64,000 bases of DNA from a virus (IMGVR_UViG_3300031718_000109:771-64770); one strand, 5' to 3'. Numbered from the stretch's first letter, positions 29,172 to 39,454 are shown. The notes: generated from the sequence alone by a model not told the origin. Numbers and translations: made by a program.

Positions 29172-32015
29172 TTAGATGCCGTTCATCTCGTACAACTTGG
29201 CCCAAGCGCGCTCACGCGTCGCCGGGTCGGGATCGTTGCGTGCATCACCCATAAGGGCCTGCATGAGTGCCGCTTGCGTCCGCTCCGCAGACTCAGCGAC
29301 GGTCCAACCCGCCGGGCTGGTGCTCTTAAACACGCCTTGCGGCCGAGACAACGTGACACCCTTGAACGCCTGCACGGACGGATCCGGCAGATCACACAAC
29401 GCGTCCACGGTCTTAGCCAGCTTCTTGTTGCGCTTGCGCTCAGCCTTAAGCTCAGCTTCCATGTCAGCGAGCTTTGCGAGGAGACCTCCGGTGACCTCTG
29501 CTACCGCCGACTTGATGATCTCCACGTCCAGCGTCGCCGCCTTCTGCACCGCCTCCGGAGCGGCGGGCGTGGGCCCGCCGTCGGTAGCCTCAACCGGGCT
29601 CTCCGTGGCGTCCTGCGCGGCTGCTGGCGCTTGCGTGGGGGTCTTGATGGGCTTGGCTGCCTTCCCCGCCGGGGCTGGCACCGGGCGGGCGCCCTGCGGC
29701 GCCTCACCACCCAACCCGGGTCCCGCGCCCATCGGGCACAGATCCGGGAACGTGTTCGCAATGTGATCGTGCAGCACCTGCATAGCCTGCCGGGCATTAT
29801 CACGCTGCGTGTTGGTGTAGAAAGTGCGCTGCGGCGCCCCGGTAGGCACCGGCGCCGGAAGAATCGCCGTCGTCTTGTTGCTCGGCGACTGCGCCGCACG
29901 CCCGGCCGTCTGGTAGCCCTGGTTAAACTGCGCCGCACTGATGGAGTCAGACGGCACCGCGTGCGTGTTAGGGCCGTCATACGACACCCCGGGCTTGGAG
30001 TGCCCTGCCGTGAGCACCGGACGGTGGAACGCACCCGGCTTAAGCTCCGTGGGGTTGGGGAACGTACCAGGGCCCGGGTTGGCGTCCTGGAACGACTTGT
30101 GCGCCTCCAACGCCAAATCCAGGTACGTGTTCAAGTCCATAGCCTTGATCACACCCGCGTGCCGGAGCATGTCCGCGCTGGCGCGGGCGTCCTCAAACCC
30201 GCCGCCGTACACCGCGTTCTCCGCCTTCTGAGACCAGTACGTCAGATCCAGAGCCGGGAACGTAGTAGTGGGGTGGCACTTGGAGGCGTCCTCCGGGTGA
30301 AACCCGGGGCACAGCAGATCATGCAACGCGCCCAGCTGATACGGGGCGCCCGTGGACTTGATCCGCTGCGCGGTCTTCATCTCCAAGTACGGCCCATCCG
30401 GGGTCGTCGGGATGCGCATATCGTGCTCCAGCGCCTCAATCGCAGGCCCATCCGGCTCACGGTGCGCAGGCACCGGGCTGATGCCGCCCTCACTGACCGC
30501 ACCGGCGGTAGGAGTGGGCTTAGACGCCTTAGTGGCCTTAGGCAGCTTCGCGTTGCAGTTCTCGCACCGCTTCAGCTTGGAGTCCGCGTGGTAGTTCTTC
30601 CCGCAGCCGGAGCACGTCTTACCGCCGGTCTTCTCCACCTCAGGTTCTGCTACCTCCGCAGCCTCCGGGGCGTCAGCCTTCTTAGCGGACCCGGGCTTGA
30701 CCTTAGCCTCGCTGCCGTCGTCGTCCTCCTCGGACCCAGGCTTATCGGTGTCCTTGCCGTCACCGTCAGAGTCCTTGCCGTCAATAGGCGGCGCAGCCCC
30801 CGGGAAAGGCTTCTTGCCCTTACCCTTCTCGATGTCGATCTGGAACTCGGTACCGCCCTGAGCTAGGACTGCTTCAGTCAGCGCCTTAGCAACCGCCGGA
30901 TCAATCCCGGAGATGTCCACCCCAAACAGCTCAGTGAGCTTAGCGCCCGCAGTCACAGGAGCGTGCGCCTTGTCCGACTTCATGGGAGCCGCGTCGCCCT
31001 CCTGCGCCGCCCCCTCGTTCTCATCCTCACCGGCGTCCGGCTTCGCCTGGTCGTTCTGATCGTCAGGAGTGTCGTTCTTTACGACATCGACCACATTTTC
31101 ACCCTTTCCCATGTCTTCCTTCCAGGCGTCCGGCAACTGCGCCACGAAGGCGTCACCCTTACGGTGAGCGATCGAGATGATCCGGTCCTTGATCTTCCCG
31201 GTGTCCTGGCCCTTAGCCCGCCCCAAACTCAGTGCCGCGTCATGCACATCCTTAGGCGTGACAATCGGGAACGAGCGGTCAGCGCCAGCGAAATCCGCAG
31301 CCGGGATCTTGTCGCGGTCCACCCCGCCGCCGACATCCGGATCCATCTGCCGCTTCACGACATCCGCTTCAAGGCCCTGCTTGAACGCCACCAGCTTCGC
31401 CAAATCAGCCGGAGAGAACGACACCGACACATCATTCGGCAACTCCACCGTAGTGAACGCCGGGGCCTGGTCACTGATACCGCACAGCTTCCCAGTGAAC
31501 TGCGCCCCGTCACCGGCAGCGGACTTAGCCAGCTCCAGGTAAGAGGACTTGTTAGACGGCCGGTCCACGATGGACAGCTCCACCAGCTGGCCGCCCATGA
31601 TGATGCCGTTACGGGCCTTACCCGTAGGGTCCCGCTTGATGACCGGGGCGGCGATACCTACGCTGTAGGCGCGCAGCACCCCCTTCTCCACCAGCCGCGC
31701 GGCCACCGGGTCCACGATCACGGACTTCACCCAGTGCTTGCCGTCACCGTCACGGTCAATGTCCACCTGGAGGCCCTTGCCGACGGGCCGCTGAGGATCA
31801 TGGGACATACGGACGTTGCCGCCGGTGTCCAGCCATTCAGCCAACGCCTTCGCGGACCAATCCGCATCAACGATCTGCGAATCACTATCTACCGTGCCGT
31901 CCGTAGCCACACCCTTAACAACCAAGTCCCCGTCCTCGTCCCGCTCCATCTTCTCGATGGGGAAACTGAACCGGACCATGTCATCGGATGGCGAGGCGGC
32001 ATATGTCGTAGCCAC
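29172..32015 (-). CDS. Prohead protease/scaffold fusion
   Basis: N-terminal VKGVAT..D.DSQIV, RMSH, AYSVG, LVELSIVDRPSN; long acidic scaffold region. Confidence 0.85.
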   Translation of the reverse strand: MATTYAASPSDDMVRFSFPIEKMERDEDGDLVVKGVATDGTVDSDSQIVDADWSAKALAEWLDTGGNVRMSHDPQRPVGKGLQVDIDRDGDGKHWVKSVIVDPVAARLVEKGVLRAYSVGIAAPVIKRDPTGKARNGIIMGGQLVELSIVDRPSNKSSYLELAKSAAGDGAQFTGKLCGISDQAPAFTTVELPNDVSVSFSPADLAKLVAFKQGLEADVVKRQMDPDVGGGVDRDKIPAADFAGADRSFPIVTPKDVHDAALSLGRAKGQDTGKIKDRIISIAHRKGDAFVAQLPDAWKEDMGKGENVVDVVKNDTPDDQNDQAKPDAGEDENEGAAQEGDAAPMKSDKAHAPVTAGAKLTELFGVDISGIDPAVAKALTEAVLAQGGTEFQIDIEKGKGKKPFPGAAPPIDGKDSDGDGKDTDKPGSEEDDDGSEAKVKPGSAKKADAPEAAEVAEPEVEKTGGKTCSGCGKNYHADSKLKRCENCNAKLPKATKASKPTPTAGAVSEGGISPVPAHREPDGPAIEALEHDMRIPTTPDGPYLEMKTAQRIKSTGAPYQLGALHDLLCPGFHPEDASKCHPTTTFPALDLTYWSQKAENAVYGGGFEDARASADMLRHAGVIKAMDLNTYLDLALEAHKSFQDANPGPGTFPNPTELKPGAFHRPVLTAGHSKPGVSYDGPNTHAVPSDSISAAQFNQGYQTAGRAAQSPSNKTTAILPAPVPTGAPQRTFYTNTQRDNARQAMQVLHDHIANTFPDLCPMGAGPGLGGEAPQGARPVPAPAGKAAKPIKTPTQAPAAAQDATESPVEATDGGPTPAAPEAVQKAATLDVEIIKSAVAEVTGGLLAKLADMEAELKAERKRNKKLAKTVDALCDLPDPSVQAFKGVTLSRPQGVFKSTSPAGWTVAESAERTQAALMQALMGDARNDPDPATRERAWAKLYEMNGI

Positions 32016-32050
32016 ATAGCTCCCTAATTCAGCAATGCGGGCGCCGCCCG

Positions 32051-32263
32051 CTACAGGTCATAGTCGTCAACCGGCTCAAACTCCGTGTACACCAAAGTCC
32101 GTGCCACCCAGCCCTCATCAGTGGGCAGCACATAGCCGCCGCCGGTGAGCACCGCGCCGTGCCGCAGCTTCACCGTGAGCCCCGCGCTTTCACACGCAGT
32201 TAACGCGGCGGCCACCCGCTCCAGCAGGTGGGCGGTGACCGCCGCGTTAGGCCGCTTAGGCAT
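32051..32263 (-). CDS. Hypothetical protein
   Basis: Overlaps the portal stop codon. Confidence 0.45.
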   Translation of the reverse strand: MPKRPNAAVTAHLLERVAAALTACESAGLTVKLRHGAVLTGGGYVLPTDEGWVARTLVYTEFEPVDDYDL

Positions 32264-35200
32264 CCCGGATGGTGCGCAGCAGGGCGTTCATGCTGCCGTG
32301 CAACTCATCACGCACCGCCGGGTTGTCCCGCAGATCCCCGGGGTTCCACCACGCCAGAGCTTCAACCTGGTCTCCGTCCGGGTCATCAGGGTTCGTCACC
32401 TGGTCGCGCCCGTCATGAATAGGGACATCCGTCTCATGCGCCACCGTCAGCGTGAACACCTGATAAACGCCGTTGGTGGAGGTGAACCCCAGCTTGAGTT
32501 CACCGTCCGGCAGGTGGCAGCCGGTTTCCTCCTGCCACTCACGGCTTGCGGCGTCAGCAGGGTGCTCACCCTCATCCAGGCGCCCGCCCGGCAGCTCCCA
32601 GGAGCCGCCAGCCGGGTCATCCTCCGTAAGAGCGCGCTGCAACATCAGCACGCGGCCGGTGTCCTTGGCGACGACTGCGAGTCCGGCGGCTGCCGGGCCT
32701 ACTGACTTGTTGGCCGGGTCTGCGCCTTGGTGCACCTGGTAGGAGTGGGTTTCATCCCATGGGCCGCCGTTGGAGTCCACGAAGCCGACGTAGGCCATGT
32801 ACGGCACCCCGGCCTGCTTGGCGGCCAGGTACCGGTGATGACCGTCGATGATCTTCACTTCGGTTTCGCCGGGCTCCTGCACACAGATCCCCGGCTTGAC
32901 CGGCTTGCCCCTCTTGAGGAGGTCAGCGAAGTGGGCGACACGGTCCGGCTGGTGTGACGCGGCCCACGTCTTGACGCCGCCCACATCCACCCGGTCCACA
33001 GCAACCTGGACGGGGCCGATCCAGCGGGTGTCATCCACCCACTTCAGAGCCTTAGCCGGGAAGTTATCCAGCATCAGGTTCTTCACATGCACCGCGTCCA
33101 CCGGGTTAGGGTCACCCGGATCAGACGCACCCTTGACCGCGCCGGGCGGTGAGGAACTACCCGGCTGCCCGGTACCCAGGCGCGCCATAGACGGCGCACC
33201 ACCAGCCGGTCCGCCGCCCTGAGCCGCCGGAACACCCCGGCCTGGCGGCATCTCGGCATCATCCTCATCCGGCGGCGCGGTACGCACCCGGCGCCTAGGC
33301 TGCGCGCCGTCCCAACGCGGCGGCTCACCCCCCGCAGTAGACCCCGGCACACCACCCGGAACTTCAACACCGTCCACGTCATGCGCCGGAAGCACCCGGC
33401 CGCCGCCACCGGCAGCAACCTGATACTGCGTCACCTGACCGGACCCGGGCGGATCCACCCACACCTCCTGCCCGTTCAGTTCAACCCGCCGCGTAGCCTT
33501 AGCCACCAGGATCGCCTGCTCAACAGTCAGACCCTTGGTCACGTCCTCATCAATAGACATAACCATCGCGGAATCAATATGACGTGGCCTCCAAGACGCA
33601 ATGTCCCGGCCCTTGCGGTAATGCCGGGCCAGCGCAGCCAGCTCAGAATCCACCGCCCGGGACTTAGCCCACGCCGGGACCAGCTGAGCCACCACGTCTG
33701 CGGACACGTCCACCGGCTCCACGCTGACACCGGGGTACCCGCCGCCCGCACGGATCTCCTGGTTAGCCAGATCAGCCACATCCTGACGGATCTGGTCCCG
33801 GGTCATAGCCCGCATACCCGCATCCGTAGGAATGTCCCCCAGGTAGTCAGCGCGCGCCGCCGCCGCGTCCTGCCGCATAGCAGTGATGTCATCCAGCTGC
33901 TGCCGGTAGTAGCCGGTAGCGTCCGGCAGCTGCGTGTTACTGCCCCACAAAGACGGGGAACCCGGCTCCACATACTCCAGAGAGCAGTGACAGTTGGGGC
34001 CGCCCGCGCACTGGCCGCCGAAGCCTCCGTCACCCGGGTAGCCGGGCAGGGAGTGGAACGTGTACACCTTGCCGTCCCGGTCAATACACGGCTTGCAGTG
34101 CTCCGCGTTCCCCAGATGCCAGATGATGCCGTACTCCGGGTTGGAGGCCTGCACGGTCTGCCCGAACGCCTGGTTGTAGGCGCCCGCAACCGTGTTCTCA
34201 TACGCCGTCAACCTAGAGTTGAGCCAGTCCGTGCCCACCATGTTCAGTGCCGTGTACAGCAGCACGGACAGGAACGCCTGCTGGTTGTTAGCCCTGGTCT
34301 GCGCCGCACCGGACACATCGATCGGGTTGACATCCGGATAGTCATTCGCCGCATCATGTGACGCCGCGTGCATAGCCTTTGCGTACCCGTCCGCCAGCAC
34401 CCCGGTAGCCGCCGTCATAGCCGCCATATGCGTGATGTTCCCGGCCTGGTACTGCTCCACCGTGGAGCGCAGCGTGGAACGCACATGCGCCGCCGCCGCC
34501 AGCACCCGGGTGCTGCGCCGGGCCTGGTGCGCCGCCTGGAACTTACTGATCTGCGGCGCCGCCACCTTCCCGGAAGACGCCGGAGCGGAAGACGCAGACG
34601 GCTTACCCGCCGCGTTGGCTGCTGCTTCAGATGCTGCGTGCCCCGGAGACTGCCCGGCGTTACCGGACGGCTTCCCGGCAGGCTTAGCGCCCGGCTTGGC
34701 GGGCGCGGGCTTAGCACCGGGCTTAGCCGGGGCTGCGCCTGGCGGGGTGGCGGTAGCGGGGGTGTTGGCGTCCGGCTGCTGCCCCGGGGCTGCCACGCCG
34801 GTAGTGAGCATCTGGCCCAGGGGAATGAACCCCTGCATCGTCGCCCACCCCGGGTCAGAAGTTTCCGGCAGGCCCCACGGCTGCTTCCCCAGCGCCTCGC
34901 GGCCTTCATCAATGGAGGCGAGGCCTGCGCCGATTTGGGAGACCAGGAGGGTGGTGAGGGTTTCCTCGTCCTCATCCTCCTCCAGGCCTTCAAACGTGAA
35001 CTGCATGTCTTCCTGGCCGCACACGTCCTGGAGGATCATGTTGAAGATAGAGGCCAGGAACTCCAGGGTAGGCTTCGTCGCTTTCCGCTCGTGAATACCC
35101 TGCGTGGCTTTTGCCATCTGGTTGGACGCGCCGGGGGAGACGGTGGAGGAGACCTTAGGCATGATGCCCAGCTCCATGGGCTGCACACTGAACGCCATGC

Positions 35201-36455
35201 AAACCTGGTTCATGACGATTTCATCGAACTGGTCTGCCAGCTCAGCTGGCTTCTGTGGCATGACCTTTGAGTCCGGAGGCAACACAATGATCTTGTGCTT
35301 CTGTGCTACATCCCCAGCCACCGCGTTCAACGCGGACTGCAACTCCCGGATCTGATTAGGCGTCATCTGGTTAGCCGCACCCGGAGACACAAACATCCCC
35401 GGAATAGTGCCCTCACGGAAGAAATCCAGCTGATAACCCTGCTTCTGCAAACCCGCCATCACCGGCACCAAAGCCTGCTCAATCATCGTGAACCCATACG
35501 GAGTCCACCGGCGCGGCGTAAACGGCCTATAAATCAGCTGATCCCCACGGAACTCCTTACGCTGCGCATCAGACAGACCCGCCTCCAGCAGATCCCGCTC
35601 CGTCCACATCGTCGTCAAATCCGTACGCGGCACCCCATACAGGTACTGCTGGTACGCCGGAGCCGGAGGACGCGGACGCTCACCATGCAACCCCACCAGC
35701 GGCCGGATAGTAGGACCGTTGATCAAAGACAAGGAGTCCAGGTCTGAGCCGAACAGGCCTTTGCCCTTACCGTTGCCCTTGGGGCTGCCGTTGGCGCTGC
35801 CCCACTTAGGGCGCATCAGGATGGACAGGGCGTCAAACACGAACACTTCCTCCAGCAGCACGCTGATGAAGGAACCCCAGTCGTCGTAGTCCGGGTCCGG
35901 GTGCTTGAAGAACTCCACCGCCTCCGCGCGGCGCTCGCCGAAGTCTTCCATGGCGGCGGTGTCTCCGCGCATCTTCTTGGAGGCGTCTTTGGTGGGGGTG
36001 ATGTCCCAGGCCAGGCCACGGATTTCTGCTTTGCGCAGCTCAATGCAGGCGCGGGCTACGGAGTAGAGGTCTGCGAGGGTTTGGATGGTGCTGAATGACG
36101 CTAGCTTCAGGCCTTCTGAGCCGGGGGTGCCGACTGGCAGGTTCCAGCCGATGTCGTACTGGTACAGGCGGGGTTCTGCGCGGGTGGCGTCCGGGGACGG
36201 GGGCTGGTCTACCGGGACCGGCAGGATGGGGCTGAAGGGGCCGAAGGCGCCTGCGGTAAACGTGTTGGTGGGGCGGGGCAGGAAGCCGCCGTAGGCGTTG
36301 GCGTAGCCGGTCATGGAGCCGCCGGACTCCAGTTGCGCCTGGAGGGGGCTGATCATGCCGGAGTAGGCGCCCTGGGGTGCGGGGGTGGGGCGTGCGCCTC
36401 CGGGGTTCTGCTTGGAGAGGGGGGTCAGGGCTCGTGCGACGTTGCGGGCGGACAA
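32256..36455 (-). CDS. Portal protein fused to MuF, ParB-like and Nudix domains
   Basis: Portal motifs (YGF.MIE, FFREGTIP, VCMAFSV.P.ELG); CKPC..GPNCHC (MuF); IIDGHHRYLAA (ParB/Srx); GGRLDEGEHPADAASREWQEETG (Nudix box). Confidence 0.88.
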   Translation of the reverse strand: MSARNVARALTPLSKQNPGGARPTPAPQGAYSGMISPLQAQLESGGSMTGYANAYGGFLPRPTNTFTAGAFGPFSPILPVPVDQPPSPDATRAEPRLYQYDIGWNLPVGTPGSEGLKLASFSTIQTLADLYSVARACIELRKAEIRGLAWDITPTKDASKKMRGDTAAMEDFGERRAEAVEFFKHPDPDYDDWGSFISVLLEEVFVFDALSILMRPKWGSANGSPKGNGKGKGLFGSDLDSLSLINGPTIRPLVGLHGERPRPPAPAYQQYLYGVPRTDLTTMWTERDLLEAGLSDAQRKEFRGDQLIYRPFTPRRWTPYGFTMIEQALVPVMAGLQKQGYQLDFFREGTIPGMFVSPGAANQMTPNQIRELQSALNAVAGDVAQKHKIIVLPPDSKVMPQKPAELADQFDEIVMNQVCMAFSVQPMELGIMPKVSSTVSPGASNQMAKATQGIHERKATKPTLEFLASIFNMILQDVCGQEDMQFTFEGLEEDEDEETLTTLLVSQIGAGLASIDEGREALGKQPWGLPETSDPGWATMQGFIPLGQMLTTGVAAPGQQPDANTPATATPPGAAPAKPGAKPAPAKPGAKPAGKPSGNAGQSPGHAASEAAANAAGKPSASSAPASSGKVAAPQISKFQAAHQARRSTRVLAAAAHVRSTLRSTVEQYQAGNITHMAAMTAATGVLADGYAKAMHAASHDAANDYPDVNPIDVSGAAQTRANNQQAFLSVLLYTALNMVGTDWLNSRLTAYENTVAGAYNQAFGQTVQASNPEYGIIWHLGNAEHCKPCIDRDGKVYTFHSLPGYPGDGGFGGQCAGGPNCHCSLEYVEPGSPSLWGSNTQLPDATGYYRQQLDDITAMRQDAAAARADYLGDIPTDAGMRAMTRDQIRQDVADLANQEIRAGGGYPGVSVEPVDVSADVVAQLVPAWAKSRAVDSELAALARHYRKGRDIASWRPRHIDSAMVMSIDEDVTKGLTVEQAILVAKATRRVELNGQEVWVDPPGSGQVTQYQVAAGGGGRVLPAHDVDGVEVPGGVPGSTAGGEPPRWDGAQPRRRVRTAPPDEDDAEMPPGRGVPAAQGGGPAGGAPSMARLGTGQPGSSSPPGAVKGASDPGDPNPVDAVHVKNLMLDNFPAKALKWVDDTRWIGPVQVAVDRVDVGGVKTWAASHQPDRVAHFADLLKRGKPVKPGICVQEPGETEVKIIDGHHRYLAAKQAGVPYMAYVGFVDSNGGPWDETHSYQVHQGADPANKSVGPAAAGLAVVAKDTGRVLMLQRALTEDDPAGGSWELPGGRLDEGEHPADAASREWQEETGCHLPDGELKLGFTSTNGVYQVFTLTVAHETDVPIHDGRDQVTNPDDPDGDQVEALAWWNPGDLRDNPAVRDELHGSMNALLRTIRDA

Positions 36456-36457
36456 GG

Positions 36458-36490
36458 GTGTCCCCCTCCCTATGTTGTGCTACATTGCTC
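36458..36490 (+). promoter_or_regulatory. Repeated phage promoter motif
   Basis: TGC-TACATT-GCTC. Confidence 0.6.
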
Positions 36491-36525
36491 ATGGCGGCTA
36501 GGCCAGCCGCACAGAAAGGACACTC

Positions 36526-36849
36526 ATGCAGAAAAACATCATCAACACCGCGACCAACCCCGACGGCAGCGGCTTCGAGCACCACCAGGTCGCCCGCATC
36601 GCCGACCACAACGGCGCCCTCACCTTCCGCGTCGACATCGAATACAACGAGCGCTGCCCCGAGTACTCCATCGCCCGCGTGTCCGTCCTAAACGGGCGCA
36701 CCGAGTGGACTGGGCTCACCGAACTGTCCCTCGCCAGCTGGTACCCGGCAGTGAAGGCGGCCGACGGCGACACCGAGCTGCTCGACGCCTTGGGGCAGCT
36801 GGACGAGCAGTTGTTCAACCTTGCCGCCGCGATCCTGGGCATCAGCTGA
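36526..36849 (+). CDS. Hypothetical protein
   Basis: GAAAGGA RBS after the promoter motif. Confidence 0.65.
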   Translation: MQKNIINTATNPDGSGFEHHQVARIADHNGALTFRVDIEYNERCPEYSIARVSVLNGRTEWTGLTELSLASWYPAVKAADGDTELLDALGQLDEQLFNLAAAILGIS

Positions 36850-36946
36850 TGCGCCGGGTGTTCACCGCCCGGTACTGGCTGGTGCGGCTCAAGGAAGCCC
36901 TGGGTGCCACCACGGTGGAGCGGGAGTACGAAGGTGGGCACCGCTG

Positions 36947-37198
36947 ATGGGCAGGCTTGGGCGCGTACGCCGTTGGCTGAGCACTCCCATCTACACCCGC
37001 CCCATTTCCCGGGTGTACCCCGAGGCTGAGGTGGAGGTGAAAGCTGACGGCGCCAAGGTGCGGGTCATGCTCAGCACCCCGGACGGCAGCGCTCACGCTT
37101 ACTTCTGTCTCACGCCGGAGACGGCTTGGCTGCTCGGCAACCAGATCGTGGACGTCGCCCGGGAGATCGGGCGTGCCCAGGAGTCTGCGGCGGAGTAG
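36947..37198 (+). CDS. Hypothetical protein
   Basis: TGATG coupling with the small ORF 36849-36947. Confidence 0.5.
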   Translation: MGRLGRVRRWLSTPIYTRPISRVYPEAEVEVKADGAKVRVMLSTPDGSAHAYFCLTPETAWLLGNQIVDVAREIGRAQESAAE

Positions 37199-37234
37199 GT
37201 GGTGGGGCCCTGCGGTGTTGGTTGCCGTGGGGGT

Positions 37235-37267
37235 TTGCCCCACCTGGTTGGCTATGCTACGTTACTC
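37235..37267 (+). promoter_or_regulatory. Repeated phage promoter motif
   Basis: TTGCCC-17-TACGTT with TGC extension and ACTC. Confidence 0.7.
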
Positions 37268-37309
37268 ATAGAGCCGGGCACACCGGCCCACAGGACGGAG
37301 GCAACCATC

Positions 37310-37543
37310 ATGGCCAAACGCGGACAGTTCTACCCCTACCGCATCAAGTTCGCCTACCCCAACGGCGTCAAAGGCACCCTCGTCATCAGCAACATGCCCC
37401 TCGTAGGCATCGAAGCCCGCGCCCTCCTCGGACGCGGCGCCGACATCGACATCTACGCCGTAGACCAGATCACACGCAAGCACGAACTCCTGTACCACCT
37501 CACCCCCGCCGACCTTCCGGCCGAATCAGGAGACGAATCATGA
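37310..37543 (+). CDS. Hypothetical protein
   Basis: GGAGG RBS; MAKRGQFYPY. Confidence 0.65.
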   Translation: MAKRGQFYPYRIKFAYPNGVKGTLVISNMPLVGIEARALLGRGADIDIYAVDQITRKHELLYHLTPADLPAESGDES

Positions 37544-38220
37544 ACGACATCAACCCCGACCTCGGCTTCATCATCGACCAGTCCGCATCCATGACCGACC
37601 CGGCCCGCGCCGAGCACGACGAGACCTTAGCCACCCTCGTCAACGACATCATCGGCCGCCTCAAAGGAGAGAACGTACAGACCGACGACGCCGACGGCGT
37701 GCGCGTGGTCCAGTTCGATACCCCGCCCATCCCAGTCACCCTGACCAACGACGCAGGCCTGTCCGCCGAAGCCATCGAGGAACTGATGAACATCATCAAC
37801 CGCATCCCCGAGCCCGGCGTCACCGTCCACGCCCACATCGTCCTCACCATCAACGATCCCATCGACTTCACCGAAAGCGATGCTGAGCTGTACGACTTCC
37901 CGGTACAGCGTCAGCGCTTCGGCATCCTCCCCTTCATCGCTGACGGCGAACACAACCTTGGTCGCACCTTGGAGCGGCTGGGTAAGCTCCGGGAACGCGG
38001 CGTCATCGTCAACCCCTCCCTCTACATCGGCGCCTCCCCGGACGAGCCGACCGTGTTGAACGACGACGGCAGCGACCTGCCCGGCCCCGCTGACACCTGC
38101 GGTGTCTGCAAGCTCCCCGGGGGCACCCTGGCCGCGTTCTACGACCCGGACGCCCCCCGCACCCCTGCGATCCGTGCCCACGCGTTCTGCGCCGACAGCA
38201 TCGGATACGAAGCCTCATGA
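37540..38220 (+). CDS. Hypothetical protein with vWA/MIDAS-like N-terminus
   Basis: FIIDQSASM (DxSxS) and VRVVQFD; C-terminal CxxC..HxxC. Confidence 0.55.
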   Translation: MNDINPDLGFIIDQSASMTDPARAEHDETLATLVNDIIGRLKGENVQTDDADGVRVVQFDTPPIPVTLTNDAGLSAEAIEELMNIINRIPEPGVTVHAHIVLTINDPIDFTESDAELYDFPVQRQRFGILPFIADGEHNLGRTLERLGKLRERGVIVNPSLYIGASPDEPTVLNDDGSDLPGPADTCGVCKLPGGTLAAFYDPDAPRTPAIRAHAFCADSIGYEAS

Positions 38221-38474
38221 TGAAGGAAGCGCACGTCAAGAACATCGCTGAGCGGGCGGCACGGGTCACCGACCTGATCGAAAACCCGGACCGCCTCGCC
38301 CGGCTCCTCAAGCGCATAGACCCAGACCTGCGCGGCACCGACGTCAAACGCAGCACCGAAGACCTCGTACGCCTGGTCCAGGAAGACCTGCCCGAGCTGA
38401 TCACCGCGCTGCGCGAGGAGAAGCAGCAGGTGCGCAACCTGCAAGCCGCACTGCGCCGGGAGCGTGACGTATGA
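38217..38474 (+). CDS. Hypothetical protein
   Basis: ATGA coupling. Confidence 0.6.
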   Translation: MMKEAHVKNIAERAARVTDLIENPDRLARLLKRIDPDLRGTDVKRSTEDLVRLVQEDLPELITALREEKQQVRNLQAALRRERDV

Positions 38475-38610
38475 CCACGCCGCCCCGCAGACCCAACGGT
38501 CACGGCTACCGGGAACGCCGGTACCTAGACTCCACCTACCGGCAAACCCGCACCTACCGCTCAGCCGTCCGGCGCCGCTACCGGCGTATCGCCCGCCTCG
38601 GGGAGGACTG

Positions 38611-38760
38611 ATGAAAGGCAACTACCAGATCACCCAAACCGACGACGGGTACACCGCGACCTGCGACCAATACCCCGAGTTCACCTGCACGGCCCCCGGC
38701 CCGGTAGCCGCGCTTGCCGGGCTGATCCGGATCATCAACGAATCCAAGAAAGGAACCTGA
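38611..38760 (+). CDS. HicB-like small protein
   Basis: GGAGG RBS; YQI..TDDGYTATC..YP..T...P..ALA. Confidence 0.5.
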   Translation: MKGNYQITQTDDGYTATCDQYPEFTCTAPGPVAALAGLIRIINESKKGT

Positions 38761-38881
38761 TCATGGGCTACAACGGCTCAACCATCCACACCCCCAAGCC
38801 GAAGGACCCGCGCCGCGCCTGCGCCAAAGACCTCATGTTCATGGTGGCCGCGTTCGCCACCATGCTCGCGGCGGTGATCAC

Positions 38882-39454
38882 ATGGCTGACCTGACCGAGG
38901 CGCGGCTCACTGAGATCAGTGTCGTCCTCGGCGTCCTGACGACCGAACCGGTCAAGAACTACGAGCAGCTGCACACCGCGCAGGCTATGTGGCGCGCCTT
39001 CGGGGTTTCCTACGGCGCGGAGTTGCTTGCCGAAGTTGACCGGCTCAACCGGCAGGCGGCTGACCGGCTTACCACAGAAGGCCAGCTTGCGGAGGTCAAG
39101 CGGCTCCGGGAGCAGCTGTCCCAGCAGGCAGCCGATCAGCTGACCGAGATGGACCAGTGGATGGAAACCGAGGCCGCGCTGCGCGCTGAGATTGCCACGC
39201 TGACCAGCGAACGCAACCGGTTCCGCACCGCCTGGAAACTCGCCCGCACCCGGGCCCGGTCCGCCAGGTGCGGCGCCGACATGTACGCGGCACGTTCCCA
39301 GGAGCTTCAGGAGGCCCTGCGGGAAACCCTCATCAACATTCTGGTATCCCAGTTCAAGCGCGCAGAACTGGCGGCCAGCAACGCCCGGCTCTGCGACACG
39401 CTCAACTTCGCCAACAGGTACATCGGCGAACTCTCCAAGAGGAGGAGAAGATGA
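38882..39454 (+). CDS. Coiled-coil protein
   Basis: LAEVDRL / LAEVKRL repeats. Confidence 0.6.
   Translation: MADLTEARLTEISVVLGVLTTEPVKNYEQLHTAQAMWRAFGVSYGAELLAEVDRLNRQAADRLTTEGQLAEVKRLREQLSQQAADQLTEMDQWMETEAALRAEIATLTSERNRFRTAWKLARTRARSARCGADMYAARSQELQEALRETLINILVSQFKRAELAASNARLCDTLNFANRYIGELSKRRRR

Noticed and set aside
16839-36300. Long + strand ORFs such as 18096-19184, 20147-21454 and 29058-30866
   Set aside because: Antisense shadows of high-GC structural genes; R/H/P-rich with no motifs.
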